From Podarcis muralis (Eukaryota): DNA of 64,000 nt. The stretch covers positions 16,182,001 to 16,246,000 of the forward strand of contig NC_135667.1 in assembly GCF_964188315.1 (NCBI RefSeq), given 5' to 3'. The notes under the pieces were generated by a model. It was not told where the DNA came from, searched no databases, and saw only the letters and a program-made list of their open reading frames with translations. A program made the translations under genes and the position numbers. Below, one piece after another: positions 45,972-57,332 of the stretch. The first letter of the stretch is position 1. Each line of letters starts with the position of its first letter.

Positions 45972-48900
45972 ATGATGGATGAGGACAAGGAGGACATGAA
46001 AGAAGAGAAGTCAGAGGGGATCCCTATATCTGGCACACCAACCGAGGTCAAAGATGGGGGTGTGGTAAGTAACAGTGGCACTTTGACACTGAATGTTTCC
46101 CCAGATGCCTCTGGGTTTAAAAGAAAGACTCCTTTGTGGAAAACAGACCAAACCATCATGTCCGTTTCTGCTCAGACTGATATGACTAAAGCAATCTCAT
46201 GCTGGGTGAACAGTACCATGGGAAGATCTGGTGCCTAAAATATGTAAGGAGCTAATTTGGTCACCTAATGGATTTGTTTGTTTGTGTATGTATTTGTTTT
46301 CCCATTCTGTACCTTCAGAAATTGGATGCAGACAGGCCATTGATGAAGAATGCGGGAACATCTCGGGGATCCTCAGAGATACGGCGGAAAGGGCTGCTGA
46401 CTAGAGTAAAGAAGGAAAGGGAAAGGGCCCAGGAGAGCAAGGTGTGGCTATACAAGATCTCCAGGGACAGACCTATGAGGTTTTTTTGTTCGGAAGGAGG
46501 GTGGTGAGGTGGAAGGAAGGAAAAATCAGGACTAGAGGTTTGTGTGTCTGTCCTGGGTGTAATTTGCTTCCTACTAAATAATTCTGGGACAGAAAAGGCC
46601 CCATAAAAGACTGAGCCACACACAGATTTGAGGGAATAGGTTGGAAAAACCAGGATTCTGAGATCCAATAGGAATGGAGCAGGACTTCTTGGTTTGCAGG
46701 GAGTGTTTATTGATTGCCTTTCTATCCCATCCTTCTTCAAGGAGCTCAGGGTGATGAACACGTTCCTTTTGCCCCCTCCCCAATTTATCCTCACAACAAC
46801 CCTGTAAGGTCTGTTAGGCCAAGGGGTAGTGACAGCCTAAGAGCACCCAGCAAGTTTCATGGCCATGTGAGAATTGGAGCCCAGGCTTCCCTGATCCTAG
46901 TGTAGCATTCTGACCACTATGCTGTGCTGGCTCCTTGTGTTCTGCCCTGTCCAGATTACACAGGGTTGGTTGGTGTATTATTGTGCCTGACTTCATAGAA
47001 AAACAATATAGTGTAGGGTTATAGTGTTGGATTAAGGGGTGGGGAGAGCAGGATCAGATATTCAAGCTTGATGCTGAACCGTGACCTTGGACCAGTCATA
47101 TTTCATTCTCTCACACACATTCTCTCTCAAGCTAGCCTGTCTCACAGGGTTATTGTGAGGATAATGTGGGTGAGGGCTAGAACAGCTTATACTGCCTTGA
47201 GTTCCTTGGAGAAAATATGGAATAGAAATCTAATGAATAAAAATAACGTAAAATCCGCTCCCAGCTACTTTACCTCTTCTTTCAGCCTCTGCCACCTTCT
47301 CCAAGGAAATGGACATGGCTTGCCACTTCATGCAAAACAGAAAAGGTGGCAACAGTGAAGGAGGAAGAGCCTCCAATTGTGGTGAAGATGCTTGAGATCC
47401 CAGTGGGTGACAACATGGTGAGTAATGAAAGCAAACCAATGACTAGATCTCAGGGCTACATCTATGCAGTGGTACCTCTGGTTATGAACTTAATTCGTTC
47501 CAGAGGTCTGTTCTTAACCTGAAACTGTTCTTAACCTGAGGTACCACTTTAGTTAATGGGGCCTCCCACTGCCGGCGTGCCACCAGTGCACAATTTCTGT
47601 TCTCATCCTGAGATAAAGTTCTTAACCCAAGGTACTACTTTCAGGTTAGCGGAGTCTGTAACCCGAAGTGTTTGTAACTCGAGGTGTTTGTAACCCAAGG
47701 TACCACTGTATAGCAGAAAAGGATACACTGTATAAAGTGCTCCTGTTTACATCCGCACCCCTTTCTAACGTATAATATTCTTCATTAGCATTGCCAGCCT
47801 TCCAACCAGCCTTTATAAAAAGCAGCTTGATTTGGATTTTTATGGAGAAAATATGTCATTGGTCTCCTTACTTAAAGATTGCTGCCGCCACCGTCCTTCA
47901 GTTGATATTAGAACTGAATACAGATTTACAGATTGATAAAGCACTCCAAGCATTGTAGCTCTGTAGGGAATAGTGTTTTTCTAACAACTGTCAGCACCAT
48001 TAACAAACTACAGCTCCCAGGATTCTTTGGGGGAAACCATGGCTATTTAAAGTGGCATGGTACCACTTTAAATGTATGGTGTGAATGTGGCATAAATAAC
48101 TTGCAGAAAACAGTCTTAAAAGGAGGTTGCATAACTTACTTACAAACTGCATAGTTATCCCAAAGAGGATGATAAACATGACGTATAGGTGACAAATTTC
48201 AGTTCAGCGTCATCTTTGCTACTATACAAGATAATGGGGTTGGCAGAGAGAAGAGAATCCATCAATCAGGAGTTGCCATAGCACACTGGATAAGATTTTC
48301 TTATGTACTCTGGAACATGACACACCAGCATGTACACTGAAGTGATTGGCCTGGTTATATTTTGTCCACAACTTGGAAAGGGGAATTTTAGAGGCGTGAA
48401 TGTGAGTCATCTCTACACCTGGTAGGTGGAAACCATTTGGGTATCCAAGTCTTGGAACATGACAGAAATGGATGCTAAACAGTTTTGCCAGATACAAGCA
48501 CTCTTTGCTCCAACTTTTCATCACAGTGATTTTTATCTATATCTATATCCCATGGAAAGTGTTGTTTGCTGATTTCTGAAGAATGAGCCACTGCTAAATG
48601 TATGAGAGAATCCATTTGCTGGTTAGTTGGCAACCATATTCTTTATTAGAGATAAAAACAAGATCTTGCCTGCAAGAGTATTGTTCTTCAACTTTTAAAG
48701 GCAAAATCTGAATTATTTTGTTCTTCCCTCTTATTAAGAAACTAAGAATTGGAGAGATGGAAAGGAACAAAGAGCAGTTGTGGCACACTATGGAATGGGC
48801 TATGTACTCACATTGTTGCTTTTTGCTAGTACAGTAGATAGTGTGAGAAAACTGCCACACAGGAAGCTCAGCGGCCTACCTATAAGCAAGAAAACCCACA

Positions 48901-51900
48901 CGTTCTGCATGCTGAGTGCTACATATATGGTTATCATTTTCAGTATTCTTCTATAAGTTGCTTTCCTTTGGCAAAAGTCAGCACCGGTGGTGATTTTGAT
49001 ACTTTAAAAATGGCTTTTTGAGTTGGCTGCAGAGAACACATCCTGTGAGGAGAAATTGACAAAGTGGTGTCTCCCCTGGCAACCATTTTTTACCTCCTTA
49101 GCCTTAGGCATGCACAACATTTGATTTGTTAGCCGTCTGTGATGACCCTTGGTGACCTCCTGGGACAGTAAAACACAGTAGGGCTGTCCAGGATCATATA
49201 GGTCACACTATATGGTTGATGAGATGTACTTGGTTTAGTGCAGGGGTCACCAGAGCAGCAGCTGCCAGTGTACCCACAGTACCTCCTATGGCGCCCACAA
49301 AAGGTCTCAGTAAATATCCCCTCAAAATCCAGTGTATGAGACTGTTTGATCTTCCTGCTCAGTACCTCTTTGCATTTGTTCATCCTCTTCTGCACAACCC
49401 CATAACAGCCATTTTGTGACGGGCACCAATGGTACTTCTGCAGTATTCCAAATGTGCTCACTGCCTCCAAAAGGCTGGTAACCTCTGGTTCAGGTGGGCT
49501 TAAGGCCATCTTGGCCTGTCTCAGCATTTGAGAACTATTCAACTCTAGAGGGATAAGATATGTGTAAAAATGCTCACTTCTTGCTGTTTTTGCCTTTTCT
49601 AGCCAGAGTGTTCATTCTCCCAGAATAGGTTAATAATGGAGGATGGCAGTGAGAAAGAACTGATAATTAGAAGAAGAGTGAAGAAGGAAAAAGATGAGGA
49701 AGAGAATCTGGAATTTGAAGTGGAGGTAAGGAGGGTTTCCGCAGGTGGGAAATCAGTGAGTGGAGATGAAGATGGGAAGGTGAGATGTTTTATTTGGGTG
49801 AGGGGAAAGAAGGACCAGCTTTCAGGAAAAGAAAGGATTGCTTAACTCAGCCTTTGAAACACTGGACCCTCAAATGTTTTAGACTACAGCTCCCATCAGC
49901 CCTAGCCAGCACAGCTGGTTTGGAATTGTAGTCAAAAACATGTGGAGGGCACCACGTTTGCAACGGCTAGTGAAATCATTGTCTTGGCCAAACTTGCTCC
50001 AGCTTAGTTCTACTGCCTTGCAGGACTTGTTACCTGAGGAAGAGATGAAGGCTGAGGTGGAGGAGCAGAAGGCTCAAGAATTCGAGATGCAAAAAGCCAC
50101 CATCCCGATAGATGGGATTTTGGTGAGTACTGGGGGTAGCATAGTCGAGGGAATGTCAGGAGAGCTTGGAGGAGAGACTTGAGGTAAGTGGTAGTGGGTG
50201 GTGAGGTGGTTCTGTTGTACTGTTTCCATGATCTTTGGGAATGTTGGATTTCTCCTGTCAGAGGCCTGATCTGCACTATACATTTAAAGCAGTATTGTAC
50301 CACTTTAAACAGTCATGGTTTCCCTCAAAGAATCCTGGGAACTGGAGTTTGCTATGAGTGCTGAGAGTTCCTAGGAGACCCCTGTTCCCTCACAAAGCTA
50401 TAAATCTCAGAGCCATTCCCTCTTCCCAAGGAAATATAGGAATTGTAGCTGTATGATGGGAACATGGGTCTCCTAACAACTCTGGACACCCTTTTCAGGA
50501 TTCTTTGGCAGAAGCCATGCCTGTTTAAAGTGGTACGATACTGCTTTAAATGTATGGCACTGATGGGGCCAGACTGCCAAGGCTGCATCCTGATGTTAGC
50601 CTTTTTTTTGGTGAGTCTTGGCAGCTGTATGGCAGGGGGGACGATGATGAAAGAAGTGGTATTTGGCAATTCTTCTGGCATTGTACAGGACAACATCTTA
50701 CTAATGTTAGGCCCTTGTAAGTCACTGAAACTCAAGAGTGCAATGAAGGAATAGTAAAAAAAAAAAGTCTACATGCTGAATCCAAGATTCACAAAAAAGG
50801 CTTGGCATCAAGATGAAGCCTTAACAATATGGCCAGAGAACCAGCAAGGGAAAATTTGGCCACATGCCTCTTTTCTTATCACGCTGCTGTAGCATTGGGG
50901 CCACCACTAGTAGGGACCCTCATTGTTGTTGTTGTTTAATCATTTAGTCGTGTCTGACTCTTCGTGACCCCATGGACCAGAGCACGCCAGGCACTCCTGT
51001 CTTCCACTTCCTCCGGCAGTTTGGTCAAACTCATGCTGGTAGCTTCGAGAACGCTGTCCAACCATCTCATCCTCTGTTGTCCCCTTCTCCTTGTGCCCTC
51101 AATCTTTCCCAAGGGACCCTCTTTAGCCTTGTCTAATCTCCTGTCCATCCCCAGTTCACTTGCACACAATATATACTCCCTTTACAAGTAGGTCAGGTTA
51201 TATCATCGGCAGCCTGTTAAGCCAAAAGAGAGGCTTGCCAAGCATATATTAACTTTGACCTCTGGTTTTGACCAACTCTTAATACACTTTAGTTCCTGCT
51301 CTTATCAAAAGATGATTTGTAAAACTATGATACAGTACAAAGATGGACTTCTTTAAAAAATAATGACTTGTTTATGTGGCAGTTTCCAGGCTAGCACCCC
51401 TAATATCTGTTCCCAGAGTGCCTTTTTTTTTACAGCAGGCTAAGCTGTCCTAATCATTTCTTCCATTTCTGTAGGTGCCCTCCTCCTCCTCACACCCCAA
51501 TACCTGTAGTGTTTGTGGCAAGAGTTTTAGCCGTCGCTCAAACTTGGCCAAGCACCAGATCATCCACACGGGTGAGAAGCCTTACCGCTGCAATGACTGT
51601 GGCCGCAGCTTCAACCAGAGCTCAGCCCTCACCAAGCACCAGCGGACACACACTGGGGAGCGTCCCTACGTCTGCGGAGACTGTGGCAAGGCCTTCACGG
51701 CCAGCTCAAACCTCCTCCAGCACCGCCGTTTTCACACAGGAGAGCGGCCCTATCGGTGTGAGCTGTGTGGCAAGGCCTTCTCCCAGAGCTCCAACTACAA
51801 CCTGCACCGCCGCAGCCACACAGGAGTCACACCTTATCAGTGCAATGTGTGTGGCAAACGCTTTACCGGGAGTTCCTGCCTTACTCGCCACCAGAGGACC

Positions 51901-52494
51901 CACACAGGGGAGAAGCCATACCAGTGCCAGGAATGTGGCAAACGCTTTTCTGGCAGCTCCACTCTGGCCAACCACCGGCGCACCCACACAGGTGAGAAGC
52001 CTTACGGCTGTGCTGAGTGTGGCAAGAGGTTCACCCACCACTCCAACCTAGTGGACCACTGGCGGGTGCACACAGGAGAGAAACCATATGTTTGCACCGA
52101 GTGCGGGAAGAGCTTTCGGCTTAGCTCCCACATCATTCGCCACCGCCGCACTCATGCCAACGCCCGCGGTGCTAGCCTGGCATATGACATCCTTGGCAGC
52201 GTCAATACAGCTGGCAGTGATGCCAGCATTAGTGCCCATCACATCAGCCTCCTCTATGAAAATGCCAGCAGCACTGACGGTGGCAGCCCTCATGGGTCCG
52301 GTCACAATGCCCTGTGTGCCAATAGCAGCATCTCCAATGGCAACAATGATACCGATGGGGAAGAGGGCAGCCGGCTTCTCATTTGCAGCCAGTGTGGTAA
52401 AGGTTTCCGCCTGGAGTCTGGCCTTCAAGAAGACTCCGTGCTGGGTGAGGGACCCTATACTTGTACTGAGTGTGGCACCAGCTGTTGGACGTAG
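45972..52494 (+). CDS. ZNF771: Zinc finger protein 771 orthologue with 8 C2H2 fingers and an expanded acidic N-terminus (about 522 aa if all exons are included)
   Basis: The last exon, 51475-52494 (ag|GTG CCC), has finger helices [56 protein letters not shown] and LSSHIIRH. These match in order the recalled human ZNF771 helices (RRSTLAKH, QKSALTKH, AASNLRQH, QSSNYAQH, GSSCLARH, QSSALAKH, HRSNLAEH, LSSHFIRH), and both proteins end in C..CG+.F+L...C.EC. Inferred upstream phase-0 exons are 45972-46064 (exon from 45948), 46319-46441, 47286-47417, 49624-49725 (alternative acceptor 49603) and 50024-50122. Confidence 0.85.
46715..46932 (-). mobile_element. Squam3/Ther1-like SINE
   Basis: ctttctatcccatccttcttcaaggagctcaggg...cctcacaacaaccctgtaagg...cattctgaccactatgctgtgctggctc. 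Confidence 0.65.
47005..47237 (+). mobile_element. Squam3/Ther1-like SINE
   Basis: atagtgtagggttatagtgttgga...ctagcctgtctcacagggttattgtgagga...gccttgagttccttggagaaaatatggaatagaaat. Confidence 0.65.
47467..47708. mobile_element. Tc1/mariner (Tigger-like) MITE
   Basis: TIRs CAGTGGTACCT ... AGGTACCACTG|TA, with internal gttcttaacc and tgtaacc repeats. Confidence 0.8.
50263..50570. mobile_element. Long-TIR non-autonomous DNA element (probably PIF/Harbinger-like)
   Basis: Inverted arms tacatttaaagcagtattgtaccactttaaacag and ctgtttaaagtggtacgatactgctttaaatgta. A half copy is at about 47940-48090. Another small hAT MITE is at about 49858-49970. Confidence 0.65.
50922..51111 (-). mobile_element. 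5'-truncated BovB/RTE LINE with a 10-bp TSD
   Basis: The minus frame reads [52 protein letters not shown], the RTE/BovB C-terminus. It has a (CAA)n tail and is flanked by AGGGACCCTC at 50912-50921 and 51112-51121. Confidence 0.9.
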
Positions 52495-52844
52495 CCAGAC
52501 TGTGGTGTAGCTGAACAGCAAATCTTCCATAGCCCTCCAGGATCTCTGGCTGGATCAGAAAGCAAAGCCCAAGCACAGGAGAGAGATTTATCTGTGACTA
52601 AATCAATAATGGACCAGAATGGAGAAGTGTATTCTGATCTCCATTTTTTAATGGGTTTGGGGAAATGCTTGTATTGAACTAAGATTGGATCTGCTTCCAT
52701 AGAATACTATGTTCACCTCCAAAGATCTGTTCCTGCTTTTGCTGTGAAGGAAAGGAGTAAATAATATTGCAGAGTATGTGCATGTGCACGCGTGTTTGTT
52801 TGTGGTGGCAATCTTGATTTCTAGGACAGAATGGGTTTCTAGTG

Positions 52845-52980
52845 CAGGGATGGGTAACCTTTGGCCCTCCAGATGACACTGGACAACAGCTCCCATCATC
52901 CCTGACCACCAGCTGTATTGATTGGGGATGGTGGGAACTGGAGTCTTAACAACTGGGGGGTCAAAAGTTACCCATTCCTG
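52845..52980. mobile_element. Palindromic hAT MITE in the ZNF771 3' UTR
   Basis: CAGGGATGGGTAACCTTTGGCCC ... GTCAAAAGTTACCCATTCCTG, with flanks ttctagtg and ctatagtg. Confidence 0.75.
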
Positions 52981-53304
52981 CTATAGTGCCACAGGATAGC
53001 ATTAGGAAGATACTAAGAACATACAAGGCTTGCTGGAACAGGCCTGTGACTTATCAAGTCCAGCATCTTGTTCGCCCTTGCCTATGGGAAGCCCACAAGC
53101 AGGATGTGAGCTCATTTGACTTACCCTTCATCTTCTGTATTCCCTCTAGCTTTCTCACCCAGTACTTTTGTTCTCTCCTCGCCTCTGCCTTGCAAAAAAG
53201 AAAATAGAAAATCACTTGTTGTCTTCTCTTTTAAAATGCTACTGTTCAAAAGAATCAATTCCAGGATGCACCAAGAGCTTGAATAGATTTTCTCATCCCT
53301 ATGT

Positions 53305-53310
53305 AATAAA
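53305..53310 (+). terminator. Probable ZNF771 polyadenylation signal
   Basis: First AATAAA I found after the stop at 52494. Confidence 0.45.
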
Positions 53311-54139
53311 GTTAAGGAAAATAATATCAGGTCAGCAGTCAAGGCTCTGATTGAAGAAAGGAAATCATGAACACTGGTGCAAGTAGCAATACAGTAGACA
53401 CAAAAGCTTTGGATTTGTGTCACTAGCTCCCCCTTCTGGCAGGAAAAGAGACACTTGAAGGAATGAGGATGTATCCATTGTGGGAATGGATGCATAGAAG
53501 ATGGTCTTCTGTTTTTTGTTTTCCTAAGGCAGAGGGTGTGTATGTGGAAAAACGTATATGTCATATATATGTTTAAGATCCTTGGACTTCATAGACTCTT
53601 ACTAGCATTTGTAGAACATCTAAACCAAAATTTGGTCCCTAAATAGACCTGGTCACTCCTGATTAGGAAAGGTTAGGAGGACACTTTTTCCACACCTGTC
53701 TCTTGAAACATAGAAGCCTACAGAGCAAGGCAAGCCACGTACTTCAAGCAGCCTCAGACTGACAAAGCAAGTGTTCACAGTGAACTTCATTTGTGCATAT
53801 GAAATTTCTGCTTGGCCATTAATAGTGTATTGACAATATTCAAGCTAATATTCAGCTTTTGTAGGAGAGGGCAGTATCCCAGGAAAACATACACACCACT
53901 GCCTTAATCAATCTCTTAACAGTGAGTAATATCATATTACCATCTTCCATGGTCTAGGGACTTTGGGTCTGGGCTGTATATGTTCTGTACTAAAAGTAAA
54001 AACTTTCCCTCCCCAAAAACACACACACTAAAGTAACCAGAAATAAATCACATCAAATGAAAGTGTAATCTTTTATCAATCTTAGAAGCAAACCCCATTC
54101 ATTTCAATGGTGTTTTCTCCCAAGTGAGTGTAGGGTTAG

Positions 54140-54305
54140 AGCCTAAGCAACGTAGGAAATTGTCTCATAGCTTGCTCAGTATTGATGATATTGGTAGCGG
54201 TTTTCCATAGTTTGATTGATGTCTGCCAGCCGTACCTGAAGATGTTGGATTGAATCTGGGATCTTCTGCATGCCAAGCATGTGCTCAACCACTGAACTAT
54301 GGCCT
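54140..54305 (-). mobile_element. tRNA-derived SINE, degenerate
   Basis: The minus strand reads ggccatagttcagtggttgagcacatgcttggcatgcagaagatcccagattcaatcc (A and B boxes), followed by a non-tRNA body. Confidence 0.6.
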
Positions 54306-54679
54306 TTTCCAAATCGCATAGAGCTGTGTAAAATTATTTACCGGTATTCTGCTTTCCCTAAACCCGCAAGCTACATGTAAGCATCTATTAGTACTGAAGT
54401 CCTAGCCTATGACCAGTGAAAGTTCTGATCAAGCCCAAATCTAGTTTCTGATCCCACCAGGCACTGATCCCACGTCTTCCAAATTTCTCTTTGCTGCCAT
54501 GGGGGTAGAAACCGATTGGTTTTCATGCTTTAAAGGAAATGTCAGCACCCTAAGAGTCTTTCAGTCCTGTAATATGAAGAGTGGGAAAACATACTTCTTT
54601 TATTTCCCCCCTAAGATTATTGCTGACACACATGGCAGACAAAGGCATTGTGATGGAGTGACTTAGGAACACAACTTAT

Positions 54680-55285
54680 TTATTTATTTGTTGTGGGGGG
54701 GTGTTGGTTGGTTACATTTCTAACCTGTAGTCTTCAGTAAATAATGTTCTTGGGATGGCTTGGAAAAAGTATTTCAGCCAGATCTAAAAAACCAGTAATT
54801 GATAACACATAAAAAATAAGAGAGGAAGAATGGGTAAAATATTTCACCATGGCTAAAAATACTTGGATTGTTGTTTGTTCGGGACAAGAAAAAAGTATTT
54901 ATTTGCCTGGTGCTGAACTGATAAACAACAGAGGTGCTAGGTAAGCTTTCCAGATGAAGGGGTTTCAATGACTGTGCCACCACCAAACAGGCACTCTCCC
55001 TAGCCATGACATATTTTATGTTGGACCAGGGGTAAACCCAGTAGGGAAGGTCAGATGACAGCCTCAGTCTATTTGCGGACTGATCCAGGTGAAGATAGTC
55101 TAACAGGTATCTTGCCTACTGAGCCGTGTAGGGCTTTAAAGGTAAGTACCAATGCTTTTAACTGGACTCAGAAACAGACCATGAACCAGTGATATTTTTT
55201 TCAACACAAATGAAATATAAACCCTGCAACACAAGGGGTACCCTGGCAACTGTGTTTTGAGCAGCCTTATCCAACTCTTCAAATG
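54680..55285 (-). mobile_element. Degenerate L2 LINE 3' region
   Basis: tagggctttaaaggtaagtacc parallels tagggctttaaaggttaaaacc of the young copy at 56440. A tail-like ttatttatttattt is at about 54677. Confidence 0.55.
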
Positions 55286-55972
55286 CAATGCCACGTACAA
55301 ATAAGCTCTCTCATCCTAATTGTTCCTTTCCTTGCTTCTAGCTTTATTACTATGCCAACAAAGGTGCCCAGGCTATTTCTGTGAATTTAACCCTTTAGAA
55401 TGGAAAATCTTGGCAATTCTTGGGAGGAGGCCTTTCTGCTTTCAGTGGCTGCTGGGAAACATTGTGTGTTAAAGCATGCAGTTCAATGAATTAAAAACAC
55501 CACCACAAAACTGCAGTTTAGTTTGGACAAAAACACAAAAGCATCCCAGAATCTATGTTCAGGGTCCAACCTCTACCAAGTTCAAATCCTTGTTGATCAT
55601 AAAAGGCACTGGGTGATTTTTGGTGTGTCACTGTCTCATGGCCTGACCTACCTCACAAGGTTTTTGTGATGTTAAATGGAGGGAAAGAGCTGCTTGGGGG
55701 AAGGAAATGATAAAAATCTAAATAAAAAAATTGAAATGTAAAGGCTTGGGGCTATAATCCCATATTCAATTATCAGAGGCTTACTTCTGTGTCCACAAAT
55801 ATTGGATTGCACTGATAATTATTGCAGGGTTATAAACTATGTTAAGGATACTAACTTTTAAAAACTGACCATTCATCCTTTGGCTTCAATAACAGCCTGA
55901 TGGACCAAATTTAAGAAGTCAACATTTTTTTCCACCACCTTAGAAGGAGGCTGAAAAAGAGAGAAATGCCAG

Positions 55973-57332
55973 AATAATAATAATAATAATAAATTTTATT
56001 TATATCCCGCCCTCCCCAGCCGAAGCCGGTCTCAGGGCGGCTAACAACAATAAAACAGTACAAAAGTACAGCATAAACAACATTCTAAAATCATTCATTA
56101 TAAAAATTAATTAATTCAAGCCACTAGCAACCATTGGGCCAGAGCTCCGCGAAGATTGCCGAGGGAGGGAGTCAGGCTGTGCCCTGGCCAAAGGCCTGGT
56201 GGAACAGCTCTGTCTTGCAGGCCCTGCGGAAAGATGTCAAGTCCCGCAGGGCCCTGGTCTCTTGTGACAGAGTGTTCCACCAGATCGGAGCCACAGCCGA
56301 AAAAGCCCTGGCTCTAGTTGAGGCAAGCCTAACTTCTCTGTGGCCTGGGACCTTCAAGATGTTTTTATTTGAAGACCGTAAGTTTCTCTGTGGGGCATAC
56401 CAGGAGAGGCGGTCCCGTAGGTACGAGGGTCCTAGGCCGTATAGGGCTTTAAAGGTTAAAACCAGCACCTTAAACCTGATCCTGTACTCCACCGGGAGCC
56501 AGTGCAGCTGGTATAGCACCGGGTGAATGTGATCTCGCAGCGAAGACCTCGTAAGGAGTCTCGCTGCAGCATTCTGCACCCGCTGGAGTTTCTGGGTCAG
56601 TCTCAAGGGCAGCCCCACGTAGAGCGAGTTACAATAATCCAGTCTGGAGGTGACCGTCGCGTGGATCACAGTGGCTAGGTCAGGGCGAGAGAGGTAAGGA
56701 GCCAACTGCTTAGCTTGGCGGAGATGGAAAAATGCCGCCTTTGTTATAGCTGCAATCTGCGCCTCCATGGAAAGGGAGGTGTCGAAGATTACACCCAAAC
56801 TCTTAACGGACGGTGCTGGCACTAATTGCGCCCCCGCAAGAGATGGGAGTTGCCCCCCCAATCCCATATCGCCCCGTCCCAGCCACAGGACCTCTGTCTT
56901 CGAAGGATTTAGCTTCAACCGGCTCCCACGTAACCATCAAGCCACAGCTTCCAAACATCTGGTCAGTGTGTCTGGGGCCGAGTCAGGATGGCCATCCATC
57001 AACAGATAGAGTTGGGTGTCATCGGCATACTGATGACAACCCAGCCCAAAACTCCGAACAAGCTGGGCGAGGGGGCGCATAAAGATGTTGAAAAGCATCG
57101 GGGAGAGAATCGCACCCTGAAGTAATCCACACACCAAGGAGTGGCGCGATGACAATTCCCCCCCAAGCGCCACCCTCTGTCCCCGACCAGAGAGAAACGA
57201 GCGCAGCCATTGAAGGACTGTGCCCTGGATCCCCACGTCGGCAAGGCGGTGGTCCAGAAGTTCGTGATCGACCATGTCGAAAGCTGCTGATAGATCTAGA
57301 AGAATCAGCAGCCCCGACCCGCCTCGATCCAA
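55973..57332 (-). mobile_element. Young 5'-truncated L2-clade LINE (ORF2 RT domain plus 3' end)
   Basis: The same-frame ORFs 56937-57330 and 56172-56918 encode LILLDLSAAFDMVDH, QGAILSPMLFN, HQYADDTQLY, LKLNPSKTE, SRLDYCNSL, LHWLPV and RAFSAVAP.WWN, separated by one TGA at 56937-56939. There is an (AAT)n tail at 55973-55995. Confidence 0.92.

Noticed and set aside
51509-52530. Several alternate-frame and antisense ORFs over zinc-finger exons (also 41246-41890 and 61193-62686)
   Set aside because: These are shadows of the periodic codon structure of C2H2 arrays, with no independent splice or start support.
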